The notes: generated by a model not told the origin, from the letters alone. Shown: positions 20,335 to 33,077, counted from the first letter of the stretch. The stretch is 64,000 nucleotides of DNA from an uncultured Candidatus Entotheonella sp. (GCA_965215335.1 CBDCDA010000001.1:832001-896000), one strand, 5' to 3'. A program made the numbers and translations.

Positions 20335-21254
20335 TTACTGCCGCCGCGCCAAGTACCGCGTCAGCGCCACGTCCAGCGGGGTTGTGGTCGGGAACAGGTG
20401 GTAGTCGATGGCATCGCGCCGGCAAACCCGCTGGTAGTCGCCCAGAAACGTCTGCAGTTGTTGCAGGTACGCGGCCCGGATGCTCCTCGGCTCTGACAGA
20501 ATGCGGCTGCCCGCCTGCTCGATGTCCTCGAATACCGTCAGCCGTTGGAAGGGAAATTCCAGCTCGTTGCGGTCCAGCACCTGGAACACCAGCACCTCGT
20601 GCCGCCGGTGGCGGAACGATCGCAGGGTGCGCAGCACGGATTCCGGGTCGTCGAAGAAATCCGAGATGACGATCATCAAGCCTCGCTGCCTGATCCTGCC
20701 CGCCAGATCGCACAGCGCCGGGCCGAGATGCGTCTCGCCCTGCGGCTGCACGCTCTCCAGGTGGCCAGCCAATTCGCGCAGGTGCCGGGTGCCGCTGCGC
20801 GGCGGGATATAGCGCCGCATCTCGGTATTGAAGGTCACCAGCCCCACCTCATCGCCCTGCCGCAGCATCAGGTAGGCCAGCGAGGCGGCCAGGGTGGCGG
20901 CGTAATCGAACTTACGCAATACCGACTCGTCGGCGGCGTAGTCCATCGAGGCGCTGGCGTCGAGCAGCAAGTACGCCCGCAGGTTGGTTTCCTCTTCGTA
21001 TTCCTTGATGAAATAGCGGTCGAACTTGCCGTACGCCTTCCAGTCGATGCGGCGGATTTCATCCCCCGGCACGTACTCGCGGTGCTCGGCGAACTCGACG
21101 CTGTGGCCCCGGTACGGGCTTTTGTGCATGCCGCTCAGCAGCCCCTCGACGACGTGCCGGGCGCGCACCGACAGGTTGGCGATCTTGGCGAGAACCAGGG
21201 GATCGAAATAGCTGCGGCCAACTTCCCGGCGGGCGGCGCGCGGCGCGGTGCCTC

Positions 21255-21258
<4 letters not shown>
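20335..21258 (-). CDS. DUF58-domain protein
   Basis: GHSVEFAEHREYVPGDEIRRIDWK, YEEETN, DASASM and ISDF. Confidence 0.93.
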
Positions 21259-22309
<1,051 letters not shown>

Positions 22310-22310
<1 letters not shown>

Positions 22311-23908
22311 TATAAGCTTCCCTCGAGTTGCTCGAACAGTTGCCGTTCCTGTTGCGCCTTGTCTTCCTCGCCCAACTGCGCGTGGCAGGTGGCCAGATGC
22401 AGGTGCACCGTGGGGTCGAACGGATTGAGCTGGGTTGCCTGCGCCAAGGCCTCGCACGCCCGCTCGTATTCGCCCAAAATGATGTACAAGCCGCCCAGAT
22501 TGGTGTACGTGGTGACGTAATCCGTCTCCAGTTCGCTGGCCCGCAGCAGGTGCCGCAGGGCCTGCTGCCGTCGCCCCTGCGCCATCAGCGCCGTGGCCAG
22601 CCTGTTGAGCAGGAACGGCGACTGCGGCTCCTGCTCCAGGGCGCGGCGATATTCCATGGCGGCCGCCGGCAGGCGGCCGCGACGGCGCAGCCGGTCGCCC
22701 AGGCGGCTGTGCATACGGGCCGTGCCGGAACTGATTTCGCGGCGCAGATCGGCTGCCGTCGTATTGCCGTCCTGCTTCAGGTCGAAGCGCGGCATACGCA
22801 CGCCATCGTGCGCCTGCAGGCCGCGCGTCGCCAGAAACTGACGCCACTGCGCTTCAAAGGCGTCGAATTCGAGGCCTATCAGACGCGCGAGCGCTTCCGC
22901 GGCGCCCTCCCCTTCCGGCGCCTGTTGCAATTCCTGCAGCAGCAGTGGCAACCCCTCGAAGCCGAGACGCTGCACGATGAAGTCGATAGCCGAGGCGGCC
23001 TCGGCGTACCCGAGTTGCACCTGATAGGTGGTCTCCAGCTTGACCAGCGAGGGTTCCATGTTCTTGAAGCCCACGAAGCTGTCGTTGGCCAAGGCGTGCG
23101 CCAGCAGCGATTCGGTGCGGCGGTTCAGCCAGCTCGGCTGCGGCAGACGCCAAGCGCTCTCGAAGTAGCGCGCGACGCCTTCGTGCAGCCAGATCGGCGC
23201 CCGGTTGTGGCTCAGCTGCACCAGGATGTAATGGACGTATTCGTGGCTCAGGGAGTCCGTCCAGCGATACCCGCGGGCCAGGTTGCGCGGCGACAACAGC
23301 ATGATCTTGTTGAACTTGCAGATGCCGATGGCGCCGGACACCTCGATGTCACGGGCGGACAGGCTGGAGGCCGGATAGAAGGTCGAGGTGGTGGGATAGA
23401 TCTCGACGCGAATTTTCTCCGTCGGGAAGAACTGGAAATAGCCGCCGAGGCGCTGGTAGCTGCGCTCCAGCACGTCGGCGACGTACGGCATCAAGGCGGC
23501 GTCGCGCTGCGGGTCGATGTAAACAAGGAAGTGCGGCGTTTCCAATAGTTCCAGGTCCGCCGTGCTGCGCTGAGTTGCGGCAACAAAATCGCGATAAGCC
23601 TGAAAGCGCGGATGCGGCAACACGTCGAGCAGGGCGTCGAAGGCGTCGAGGGCTTCCTGATAGCGACCCTGGTGAAACAGCGCGCGGGCGCGGAGGAACC
23701 GCCAGGCGGGCTGCAGCGGTTCGGCGGCGAGCCTGGCCTCCACCCAAACGAGGGCGGCGTCGGCCTGCCAGCGGTCCAGCAACACCTCGCCCTCGTTCTC
23801 CAGGCGGGCCTCGCCTTCCCTGCCCTGCCGCATGCCCCGGGCGGCAGCCGGCAACAAACAGAGGCAAAGGACGACAGCCACAAGGTATTGAAAACTGACA
23901 CGGCTCAA
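22310..23908 (-). CDS. TPR-containing exported metallopeptidase (peptidase MA-like)
   Basis: HEYVH and WLHEGVA gluzincin-type motifs; TPR repeats; signal peptide. Confidence 0.8.
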
Positions 23909-26900
23909 CGGACGATGTCCCGATAATACTGCTCGATGCGTTCCTTGTAGCGTTCCGGGTAGCCCTCTTGCAACGCCTCCATGATGTCCTCGCGAAACAT
24001 GCGCGGCACTTTGTACGCCTCCTTGTCGGGCAACTGGAAATTACGCACGCTGGTCCCCATCCGGCCCGTCTCCTGCTCGTCAACACGCATCTGCTGCAAC
24101 CTCCCCGGGATGGGCAGGCGGCCGGCCTGCTGCAGCATGGGCATAGACATGCCCATCATCTGGCCGCGCCGCAGCATGCCCTGCATGGCCTGCTGCATGC
24201 GGGTGTTGGCGCTGCGCAGGCGCTCCAGGGCGGCCTGTTCGGGCGGGATGGCGGCCTGGCTGCGCCGGTTGCCGAGGGCGTCCCTGGCCTGTCCCATGAA
24301 CGGCACGGCGTCCTGTACGTTCTGGCTGATGTCGCCCGGCAGCGCCGGCAGCAGCGGCATCATCTGCGCCAGTTCCTCGGCCAGTTGCCGCGCGTCCGCC
24401 TGCACCCCGGCCTGTTGCTGCGACAGGCCGCCGAGCTGCTCGCGCTGCGGTGGCGTCAGCATGGCGTGGCGGTCCTGCGGCAAGCTATCGAGGGACTTCT
24501 GCGCGGCCTGTATGTGCTGCTGTGCCTGCGCCGACTGCTGCTGCATGGTGGTGTCGCCGGGCATCGTCCGGGCGGCGCGTTGTTGCAGCCAATCGAGCTG
24601 CTCCCGGACCTTCTGCAAAGCCTCCTGCACCTTCGGCACGTCGGGCTCGTCCAGGTGCTTCAGGGCGTCGAACACCGGTCGCAGCGTCTGCCGCGCGACT
24701 GCGTCGAACATGCGATCGACGTCCGGCTGCCGGCGCGAGCGGTGCGCCCATTCCGCCAGCTGCCGCGACAGCGCGTTCAACTCGTCCTCAATCGTCTGCC
24801 GCACCGACCCGAACGCCTGCTGCTGCGCCCGATTGAGCCGCTGCACCGCGTCCTGATCGATCTGCTGCGTGTCGTTCAGAATGTCCTCCTGACGCTGCAC
24901 CAGACCCTGCAGAAGGTTGGCCGACGCCCTCAACTGCTGCCCCATGGCGTTCATCGTGCCGTCGTTCGCCTGCTGCCGCATGTTCTGCATGCCGGCCACC
25001 ATCGCCGACAGGTTCTTCAGAAGCTCCTCGGCCAGTTTCTTGGCGGCCTCAAGATCGCCTTCGGCCAGTTTTTCCCGCAGTTCCTGCAATTGCTGCGACA
25101 TGTCGTTCAGCGGCAGGTTTTCGAGCTGGCTGTTGAGAAACTCATCGGCAATGGCCGTCGGCATCTGCGCCATGGCCTCCATGAGTTGCTGCATCATGGA
25201 TTGCAGGCCGTCCAGCATCTCCTGGAGTTCCGGCGGCAGCGCACCGCCCTGAAAATCCGGTGGCAGATCGTCGAGCGCCGACAGCAGGGAATTCTGCTCC
25301 TCCATCATCCTGGTACTGAGGCGCTGCAGGTCCTGCATCTTCTCGTTGTCGGCAATCTGCTCGGACAGCGACGCCATGCGCTCCAACTCCTGCAGCACGT
25401 CCTCGAGCCGCTCCTGCGATTGGCCGAGAGACGGCGAGGCGTTCTGCTGCGGCATGGCCTGCATGCCTTGCTGCAGCGTGGGCATCAGGCTGTTCTGCAG
25501 GCGCTCCATGTTGCGTTGCAGAACCTGCAAATCGGCGAAGCTCTCGTACGAGCTGTACGGATCGTTCTGCACCCTGGCGAGAGCTTCATCCACCTGCTCG
25601 GCGAGTTGTTCGGCGCGCTGTCCGGCCTCTTGCTGGCGCTCCTGGGCCTGCGCCAGAGCGTCGGGGTCGAGATCTTCGCCCGCCTCGGCCTGTTCTTGCC
25701 AGGCCTCGAATTCAGCGGCCAGGTCGAGGTGGTCAGCGAGCAGGTCGAGCATGGCGTCGGCGACCTCTTCCTGCAATTGCTCCAGCTCGTCGTGTTCCTG
25801 TTCATGGTTGCGCATGCGCAGGGTCACGGTCTCCGAGACGCCGCGCTTGGGACCGCTGATGGTGTCGTTGTCGTACACCTCGACGTAGAACTGCAGGGTG
25901 TCGCCGTCCGGCAGCACCCAGTCCTGCAGGTGCCAGGTGAAGGTTTCGAAGACGGACGAGCGGTCGAAGCGGCCCTGGTGCATCGGTACACGCTGCTCAC
26001 CGCCGGCCGGGCCGAGGTAGACCAGGGCGGCGTTTTGCAGGCCGAAATCGTCCGCCGCCTGGTAGCGGATGCGCAGGTCGGTGGTCTCGTCTACCTCCAC
26101 GCCGTCGCCGGGTTCGGACACCTCGACGGTGGGCACGGCGTCGGGCTGCACCTGCACCGCAAAGCGCGGCGGGCGGGAATTCTTCAGGCCGTGCAGGTCT
26201 TCGACCTCGATAACGTAGGCGTCGTTCTGCATGACCAGCAACTCGCCGTGCAGTTCCTGGCCATCGGTGATGGCCAGGGGGACTTCGTCGCCGACCTCGA
26301 AGCGCAGGCGGCCGTCAGCCAGGGGGACGTTGGCGCGCATGCCGAGGCGCACCTGGGTACCGGGCAGCGCCTGGACGTCGCCACCGCCCTCCTGCACCTG
26401 TTCGGGCAGGCCGGTGTAGTCGGGAAACAGATAGCGCAGCACCAGTTGGCCGATAGCCGGGTCGGGCACCACCTTCAACGCGCCGGCTGCGGAGACGAAA
26501 CCGTCGCTGACGGCCTGGAAGCGCAGCGACGCCTGCGGTTCGAGAATGGTATAGCGGAAGACACCGGGCTCCTGGCCTTCCATATCATACGATTGTGGGG
26601 CCTCGCCGTTGCGCTGCAGGCGGATTTGCATGCTGCGTGGCAGACGCCCGCTCACCCGCGCCTGCACGTCGAGGTTGCTGCCGCGCGCAATGACCGCCTG
26701 AAGCGGCTCGACGGTGATGTGCATGGCGCGTGCCGGCAGATAGGCCAGGGGCTGGGCCAGCATACGCCACGACTCGCCCAGGGCACCGGGCTGCAAGCGG
26801 CTGACGCCAATCGCGGCCAGCACCAGCATGGCGCACCAGGCGACGCCCTGTAGTCGGCGCCGGCGCACCACGGTGCGCGCCGTGAAATCGGCCACTTGGC

Positions 26901-27303
26901 GAGCGACGCGTCGGTGCAGCGCCTGTACCAAGTCGAGCGCCACGCCGTGCGGGTTGGCGCGGCGCAAGGCCTCGGCGTCCAGTTGCAGGGCGTTGCGCAG
27001 GTCGTCGTGCGAACCGGGATAGGCTTCCTCGATGCGCGCCAGGGCCTGTTTCTGCGTCACCCAGCGCAGGGCCGGCCGCAACACGTAGACAATCAGCGCC
27101 AGCACGACCAGCAGGGCCACGGCGCTGTAGGCCACGGCGGCCAGCGGCAGCCGAGGGGCCAACGGCTGCACCGCGACGCCCAGCAGCAGCAGGGCCAGGG
27201 CCACCGTGCCCGTCAGCACGCCACCCTGCAACAGGCGGCGCTGGTAGAGGCGACGTTGCACCCGCCGCACGAACTTGGCGAAAACGCGGTATTCCTGACT
27301 CAT
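23905..27303 (-). CDS. DUF4175-family membrane/coiled-coil protein
   Basis: N-terminal TMs, PDYTGLP, DDFGL, DNDTISGPK, long Gln/Glu-rich helices, YPERYKERIEQYY end; ATG at 27303 preferred. Confidence 0.8.
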   Translation of the reverse strand: MSQEYRVFAKFVRRVQRRLYQRRLLQGGVLTGTVALALLLLGVAVQPLAPRLPLAAVAYSAVALLVVLALIVYVLRPALRWVTQKQALARIEEAYPGSHDDLRNALQLDAEALRRANPHGVALDLVQALHRRVARQVADFTARTVVRRRRLQGVAWCAMLVLAAIGVSRLQPGALGESWRMLAQPLAYLPARAMHITVEPLQAVIARGSNLDVQARVSGRLPRSMQIRLQRNGEAPQSYDMEGQEPGVFRYTILEPQASLRFQAVSDGFVSAAGALKVVPDPAIGQLVLRYLFPDYTGLPEQVQEGGGDVQALPGTQVRLGMRANVPLADGRLRFEVGDEVPLAITDGQELHGELLVMQNDAYVIEVEDLHGLKNSRPPRFAVQVQPDAVPTVEVSEPGDGVEVDETTDLRIRYQAADDFGLQNAALVYLGPAGGEQRVPMHQGRFDRSSVFETFTWHLQDWVLPDGDTLQFYVEVYDNDTISGPKRGVSETVTLRMRNHEQEHDELEQLQEEVADAMLDLLADHLDLAAEFEAWQEQAEAGEDLDPDALAQAQERQQEAGQRAEQLAEQVDEALARVQNDPYSSYESFADLQVLQRNMERLQNSLMPTLQQGMQAMPQQNASPSLGQSQERLEDVLQELERMASLSEQIADNEKMQDLQRLSTRMMEEQNSLLSALDDLPPDFQGGALPPELQEMLDGLQSMMQQLMEAMAQMPTAIADEFLNSQLENLPLNDMSQQLQELREKLAEGDLEAAKKLAEELLKNLSAMVAGMQNMRQQANDGTMNAMGQQLRASANLLQGLVQRQEDILNDTQQIDQDAVQRLNRAQQQAFGSVRQTIEDELNALSRQLAEWAHRSRRQPDVDRMFDAVARQTLRPVFDALKHLDEPDVPKVQEALQKVREQLDWLQQRAARTMPGDTTMQQQSAQAQQHIQAAQKSLDSLPQDRHAMLTPPQREQLGGLSQQQAGVQADARQLAEELAQMMPLLPALPGDISQNVQDAVPFMGQARDALGNRRSQAAIPPEQAALERLRSANTRMQQAMQGMLRRGQMMGMSMPMLQQAGRLPIPGRLQQMRVDEQETGRMGTSVRNFQLPDKEAYKVPRMFREDIMEALQEGYPERYKERIEQYYRDIVR

Positions 27304-27313
27304 GGCGTGATTC

Positions 27314-28603
27314 CTAGCTAAAGCGGACGTCCACCGCCCGTTGGTGCGCGGCAAAGCCCTCGGCGGTGGTCAGGGCGCGCAGTGGCTCCTGCAGCGCCTG
27401 CAGGCCCTGCGCTGTCAGTTCCTGGACTTCCAGCTTCTTGATGAATTCGTCGACCGACAGCGGCGAGAACATGCGGGCGTAGCCGCCCGTCGGGATGACG
27501 TGATTGGTGCCCGACAGGTAATCACCCATGGTAACGGGGGAATAATGACCGAGAAACACCGAGCCGGCGTTGACGATGCCGCGGCTTACGGTCCAGGGAT
27601 CCTCGGTCATGATCTCCAGGTGTTCGGGCGCGTAGGCGTTGGCGAAATGGGTGCAGTCCTGCAGGTCGTCGACGATGAGGATCATGCCGTAGTTGTCGAG
27701 AGCCGTCCGGATGCGCCGGGCCTCGGGCAGCTCGGGTATCTGCTGCTCGACGGCTGCTTGCACCTCCTGGGCCAGCGACGCGCTGGGGGTCAGCAGGATG
27801 GCCGCGGAGTCCTCGCCGTGTTCGGCCTGGGACAACAGGTCGGCGGCCACGAAAGCCGGCTGGGCGGTATGATCGGCGATGACCAGCACTTCCGACGGAC
27901 CGGGGGGGCAATCGATGGCAATCGGCAGGCCGCTGCTGGCGGCGCAGATTTTGGCGGCCACCACGTACACGCTGCCGGGGCCGAACACCTTGTAGACTTG
28001 CGGCACGCTCTCGGTGCCGAACGTCATGGCAGCGATGGCCTGGGCGCCGCCTACCTTGAAGACGTCCCGGATGCCGACGCAATCGGCGGCGGCCAGCATG
28101 ACTGCGGGCAGGCAACCGTCTTCCTGCGGCGGCATGCACAACACCCGCCGCTCACAGCCCGCCACCAGGGCCGGCACACCGAGCATCAGCACCGTGGAGG
28201 GGTACAGGGCCTTGCCGCCGGGCGCGTAGAGCCCGACTTTCGCGATGGGCCGCCACACGCGCCCGGTGCGCACGCCGGGTTGCAGTTCGTGCAGGTCTTC
28301 GGCGGGGAGTTGCTGGCGGTGAAAGCGTTCGAGGTTGTCTCTCGCCTGCCTCAGGCTGCTCAGCAACTCCGGCGCCACTTGGCGTTTGGCCTCGACGATC
28401 TCGTCCTCACTGACACGTATCTCGTCCACGGCGGCGCCGTCGAACCGTGCGGCATATTCCCGCAGCGCCGCATCACCGCGCTCGCGCACGTCCGCCATGA
28501 TCTCCTGCACCTGCGGCATGACGCGCTGCACGTCCGCCCCCGCGCGCTGCATCAGCCGCTCACAGGCGTCCGGCGCCAAGTCTTTGAGGCGTATGATTCG
28601 CAT
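27314..28603 (-). CDS. hisD: Histidinol dehydrogenase
   Basis: GLYAPGGKA, GGAQAIAA, GPSE, DLLSQAEH, APEHL and GDYLSGTNHVIPT. Confidence 0.96.
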   Translation of the reverse strand: MRIIRLKDLAPDACERLMQRAGADVQRVMPQVQEIMADVRERGDAALREYAARFDGAAVDEIRVSEDEIVEAKRQVAPELLSSLRQARDNLERFHRQQLPAEDLHELQPGVRTGRVWRPIAKVGLYAPGGKALYPSTVLMLGVPALVAGCERRVLCMPPQEDGCLPAVMLAAADCVGIRDVFKVGGAQAIAAMTFGTESVPQVYKVFGPGSVYVVAAKICAASSGLPIAIDCPPGPSEVLVIADHTAQPAFVAADLLSQAEHGEDSAAILLTPSASLAQEVQAAVEQQIPELPEARRIRTALDNYGMILIVDDLQDCTHFANAYAPEHLEIMTEDPWTVSRGIVNAGSVFLGHYSPVTMGDYLSGTNHVIPTGGYARMFSPLSVDEFIKKLEVQELTAQGLQALQEPLRALTTAEGFAAHQRAVDVRFS

Positions 28604-28651
28604 GCGTCTTGCTCCGTCCGTACGGCCGTGCCGGGACCGTCATGCCAGGTT

Positions 28652-29896
28652 TTACGGCACTTCGTCCAAATGGCGTTGAATTTTGTCCATCACGGCCACG
28701 ATGTCGTGCATGTCGCGCCGCTCGCCCAGCAGCACGTTCTGCCGCAGCCACAACGCCTCGTGGTCACAGGCGTATTCCGTGACCGGGCAGGCCACGGCGC
28801 CATAGTCCGGCAGCGCCGCGTACGCTCCATTGAGGAACGGCGGCCTGGCCAGACCGAAATTTTTGGCCAGCATGACAGGCTGACGGTATGCGGGCAACGA
28901 GTACCCGGCGTGCAAGTCGGTGATACCCTCGGCCCGCATGGCGGCGATGAAGCGCAGTTTGTCGAGGCCGCCGAAGCACTCGGCGTCGTATTTCAGGAAG
29001 TACACGTGGTAGGCGTTGGCGGTGACGCGGGGGTCGGCGGGAAGCGGGGTAATGCCGTCGATGGCGGCCAGCGCCTCAGTGAGGTAGGCGGCGTTGGCCT
29101 GACGGCGCGCGAACTGCTCGGGGTAGCGCTGCAACTGGCTGCGCAGGACGGCGCCCTGAAACTCGCTGAGGCGGTAATTGCCGCCCAGCAGGTAGTGGGC
29201 GTACCACAGGCTGGCGGACTGGCGGCCGCAGTTGCTCAACGAGCGAACCAGAGAAGCGATGTCGGGGTCGTTGCAAAGAACCATGCCGCCCTCGCCGGCG
29301 GTCAGGTTCTTCGAGGCGTGAAAGCTGACGCTACCGCACTGCCCAAGGGTGCCGACGCGACAGCCGTTCCACGCGGCGCCCCAGGCTTGCGCCGCATCCT
29401 CCACCACGGCAAGCCCGTGCCGCCGGGCCAGGGCCAGCAGGCCGTCCATGTCCGCCGGGCAGCCGCCGAGGTGCACGGGCACGATGGCCCGCGTGCGGGT
29501 CGTGATGCAAGCCGCCACACTGGCGGGATCAAGGGTATAGGTCTGCGGGGCGACGTCGGCGAAGATGGGGACGGCGCCAAGTTCCAAGGCGGCAGTGGCG
29601 GTGGCGATGAAGGTATAGCCCGGCACGACGACCTCGTCGCCCGGCCCCACCCCGGCGGCGATAAGCGCCAGCTTGAGGGCGACCGTGCCGTTGGTCACCG
29701 CCACGCCGTGCGCCGCGCCCTGGTAGGTGGCGAATTCGGCCTCAAAGTGACTCACTTCCTCACCCTTGAGGGCGTCCCAACAGCCGCTTTGCAACACGCG
29801 ATACAACGCCTGCACGTCGCTTTGATCCCAGACCGGCCACGCCGGAAAAGGCGCCCGCCGCAACGCTGTCCCACCCGCGATTGCCAAGTGAGCCAT
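28652..29896 (-). CDS. DegT/DnrJ/EryC1/StrS PLP aminotransferase
   Basis: NGTVAL, GPGDEV, EDAAQAWGA, SFHASKNLTAGEGG and NYRLSE. Confidence 0.92.
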   Translation of the reverse strand: MAHLAIAGGTALRRAPFPAWPVWDQSDVQALYRVLQSGCWDALKGEEVSHFEAEFATYQGAAHGVAVTNGTVALKLALIAAGVGPGDEVVVPGYTFIATATAALELGAVPIFADVAPQTYTLDPASVAACITTRTRAIVPVHLGGCPADMDGLLALARRHGLAVVEDAAQAWGAAWNGCRVGTLGQCGSVSFHASKNLTAGEGGMVLCNDPDIASLVRSLSNCGRQSASLWYAHYLLGGNYRLSEFQGAVLRSQLQRYPEQFARRQANAAYLTEALAAIDGITPLPADPRVTANAYHVYFLKYDAECFGGLDKLRFIAAMRAEGITDLHAGYSLPAYRQPVMLAKNFGLARPPFLNGAYAALPDYGAVACPVTEYACDHEALWLRQNVLLGERRDMHDIVAVMDKIQRHLDEVP

Positions 29897-29961
29897 AGAG
29901 CCTGTGCTCCCTGTCAGGACCGATGCGATGCCGTGTAAACGTGTACGTGTAAAGGAGGAGT

Positions 29962-29990
29962 ATTCTACTTTAGGCTATTGTCCTTGACAA
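29962..29990 (-). promoter_or_regulatory. Sigma70-type promoter for the degT-hisD-MoxR operon
   Basis: Minus strand TTGTCA-N17-TAGAAT, ~65 nt upstream of the ATG. Confidence 0.6.
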
Positions 29991-30153
29991 GCACGGATAC
30001 AGGCTCAATACATTACTGAGAGGCAGGATGCCTAACTATAGGTGGGAGTCTCCGGCATGTGAAGAATGCCGTTGATACAGCCTATTCATCAAGAACAGAA
30101 CGCCCATGCCTCGATTCATGCCGGGACCGCAGCGTTCAGAGAGGAAAGATCAC

Positions 30154-30612
30154 ATGAAGTGTTCCTATTTCGTGGTCCTGGCGCTGGTGCTGGGACTCGG
30201 CTTCGGCCTGGCTTGCGGGCAGGAGGAAGCCACGACCAAGCAAGCCGACATCAAGAAACTTCTCGGCATCACTGGCGCCTCCGATACCGGCCTGCGGGTA
30301 TTCAGCCAGGTCATCGGCATGTTCCAGCGCGCGCGCAGCGAGGTACCCGAGGCGGTGTGGATAGAGATGGTCAGCGAGGCTGAGGCGAAGGTGGACGCCT
30401 TCGTCATGGAGATACTGGTGCCGATTTACGACAAGCACCTGACGCGCGCGGACATCAAGGGGCTGATCGCATTTTACGAGACGCCGGTGGGTCGCAAGCT
30501 GCTGACCGTCATGCCGCAGATGCACCGCGAGAGCCGGACCGCCGGGGAGTCCTGGGGCCGAGAATTCGCCCGCACCGTGCAGGAGAAGCTTGCCGCAAAG
30601 GGCTACGAATAA
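30154..30612 (+). CDS. DUF2059-domain exported protein
   Basis: IYDKHLT..DIKGLIAFYETPVGRKL; signal peptide. Confidence 0.85.
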   Translation: MKCSYFVVLALVLGLGFGLACGQEEATTKQADIKKLLGITGASDTGLRVFSQVIGMFQRARSEVPEAVWIEMVSEAEAKVDAFVMEILVPIYDKHLTRADIKGLIAFYETPVGRKLLTVMPQMHRESRTAGESWGREFARTVQEKLAAKGYE

Positions 30613-30972
30613 GCCGCCCTCATGGCGGGCTTCCCGCCACTTCCAGAAGCGCCCGGGCGCGGTTGCCCGGCACGAACAGCAGGCTTCTGAGCACTGGCAT
30701 GGTTGTCTCCGATGGGTTGCGTAATGTTCAGGGGCGTCTGTCGATCATTCGGCAGTATCTCGTGGCTGCTCGTCCTCAATCCCGATCTACTGCCACATAT
30801 GCACGACATCGGTATCCACGATCAGCATGGCCCGGTCCTTTACCATTTTATACCACTTTATACCACGGCTCTATACAGCACCTCGCAAGGCTGCGTAACG
30901 TCATATAGTATAGTAGTGCCTGCTCGATACGACGGCTTCCCGCCATATCGCCCAGCCTACCGAGAAGGGCCA

Positions 30973-33066
30973 ATGCTAAAAACCTGCTTATCCACTGTTG
31001 CAGTTCTGATTTGGTTGCTGACCTCCTGCCTTCTTCCCGCTGATGCCCAGGCCTCCAGCGAGCAGCCGTGCATGGTACCCGCCGGTCACACGCAAAACCC
31101 GGGGATCATCCTGCAGGCGCAACAGCTGGAATACTTCGAGTCCGAAAACCGTCTGGAGGCCACCGGCAAGGTGTCCGTGATCTATGGCGACACGCTGCTG
31201 CTGGCCGACAGCCTGGAGATGAACACGGACAGCGGCGTCGGCACGGCGACGGGCGACGTGCGGATGTCGACCCGCGAGGACCAGCTGCGGGCGTCGCGGG
31301 TGGACTTCGATCTCACCAACGAACGCGGCCTGGTTTACGACGCCAGCGGCGTTCTGGGCAACACGTATCGCGTCAGCAGCGAGCGTCTGGAACGCCACGG
31401 AGCGCAGCGCTTCGTGGCGCGGCGCGGGCGGTTGACAACCTGTACCGGGCGGCTTCCCGCCTGGGAACTCCGCGCTCGACGCGCCCGCTTTGGCGCGGGC
31501 AACTACGTGACGCTGCAGCACCCGTCCTTCCACGTCAAAGGCGTGCCCGTGTTCTACCTCCCGTACGCCATTTTCCCGCACCGGGACGCGCGCACCAGCG
31601 GGTTTCTGCCACCGCATCTGGGCAGCGACAGCGAGCACGGGGCCACTGTCAGGGGCGAGTTTTTCTGGGCCATGACGGAGTGGATGGACAGCACCTTCGG
31701 CCTCGAATACCTCAGCGAGAGCGGCTATCGGCCCTATGTGGAGTATCGCTACCGCCTCGACCCACAGTCGGATGGTCTGGTGCAGGGTGCTTACATTCGC
31801 GACCGGAAAACGGGCGACGACATGTGGCGGGTGTTCCTGCAGCAGCGGCAGGCGCTCGGCTGGGGTATCAGCGCCATAACGCAACTTGACCGGCGTAGCG
31901 AGCGCGACATCCAGCGGCGTTTTGCGCGTAACATTCGGCAAGAGGCGGTGATTCGCACGGCGTCGTTCGGCAGTCTCAGCAAGCGCTTCGCCAATGCCCG
32001 CGCGACGCTGAAGGCGGACTGGTTCGAGGGTATCCCGGACAGCGGTAGCGACGAGACGTTCGCGCGCCTGCCGAGCCTGCGCGTGGAGCAGTTCCTGACC
32101 CCGCTGCCGGGGCTGGCGTACTTCTCGGTGAGCGCTGGCGTCGACCGGATGCGGGCGTCGAACGTGCGCGACAACGCCGTTGTGCAGCGCTTCGACCTGT
32201 TTCCGCAAATCAGCATGCCGCTACGGCTGGCGCCGTGGTTACAGGTCACCGGCAGCGGCGGGCTGCGGCAGACGTTTTATGTGCCCGATGAGGCAGCGGA
32301 AGGCGAGATGTCCAGAACGGTTGTCGACGTGCGCGCCAGTGTGGAAGGACCCGCCTGGCAGCGGCGCTATGCGGTCAGCGGCGACAGCGTCCTGATTCAC
32401 CTGCTGGCGACGCGGCTGGATTATCGATACGTGCCCGAGGTGGATCAGGACGACCTGCCGGCATACGAAACCCTCGACGAACGTGAACATTTCCTCGACC
32501 CGCTGGAAACGCTGACCCTGCTCGACCGCGTCGGCCCGGCGAACTACGTCAAGCTGAGGCTGGCCAATCGCTTCTTCGTCCGCGATGACTCGCGGCAGAT
32601 ACGCGAGGCGGCCCATCTGATCATCGCCCAGGGCTTTAACCTGGGACACGACGGGCCCGCTCAACGCGCCGGAGAACTTGGGCCGCTGGACATCGACATC
32701 GGCGTGCGCCTGTGGCAGATCTGGAGTCTGGAATCGGTGCTGCGCATAGCGCCGGAGACGAGTGAATTGCAGACGGGCAACTGGCGGGTCGCCGCCAATC
32801 TGCCGCGTGGCAGCTCACTTTTCGTCCAGGCCAATTACCACCGAAATCCAGAGGCGCTCTACGTCATCGGCGGCACGCAGGTGACGGTGCTGAAGGGCCT
32901 TACGGCGGGTTACAACACACGTTACGACGCCTCGCGGGGACAGGTTCGCGAACACGTCGCCATCCTGAGTTACCGGGCGCAATGCTGGAGCATCGACGGC
33001 AACCTGCTCCTGCGCCACAACGGCGACAAGTTGTTCCAGGTGAGAGCGGACCTCTTGTATTTCTGA
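30973..33066 (+). CDS. lptD: LPS-assembly protein LptD
   Basis: OstA-like N-domain, TTC..PAW, GVPVFYLPY, SGFLPP, beta-barrel, QCW, C-terminal F. Confidence 0.85.
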   Translation: MLKTCLSTVAVLIWLLTSCLLPADAQASSEQPCMVPAGHTQNPGIILQAQQLEYFESENRLEATGKVSVIYGDTLLLADSLEMNTDSGVGTATGDVRMSTREDQLRASRVDFDLTNERGLVYDASGVLGNTYRVSSERLERHGAQRFVARRGRLTTCTGRLPAWELRARRARFGAGNYVTLQHPSFHVKGVPVFYLPYAIFPHRDARTSGFLPPHLGSDSEHGATVRGEFFWAMTEWMDSTFGLEYLSESGYRPYVEYRYRLDPQSDGLVQGAYIRDRKTGDDMWRVFLQQRQALGWGISAITQLDRRSERDIQRRFARNIRQEAVIRTASFGSLSKRFANARATLKADWFEGIPDSGSDETFARLPSLRVEQFLTPLPGLAYFSVSAGVDRMRASNVRDNAVVQRFDLFPQISMPLRLAPWLQVTGSGGLRQTFYVPDEAAEGEMSRTVVDVRASVEGPAWQRRYAVSGDSVLIHLLATRLDYRYVPEVDQDDLPAYETLDEREHFLDPLETLTLLDRVGPANYVKLRLANRFFVRDDSRQIREAAHLIIAQGFNLGHDGPAQRAGELGPLDIDIGVRLWQIWSLESVLRIAPETSELQTGNWRVAANLPRGSSLFVQANYHRNPEALYVIGGTQVTVLKGLTAGYNTRYDASRGQVREHVAILSYRAQCWSIDGNLLLRHNGDKLFQVRADLLYF

Positions 33067-33077
33067 ATGGACGACAA

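Noticed and set aside
23968..29938. Very long plus-strand ORFs (961 aa, 865 aa) and similar antisense ORFs elsewhere
   Set aside because: Shadow frames opposite well-supported genes in high-GC DNA, with no recognisable motifs.
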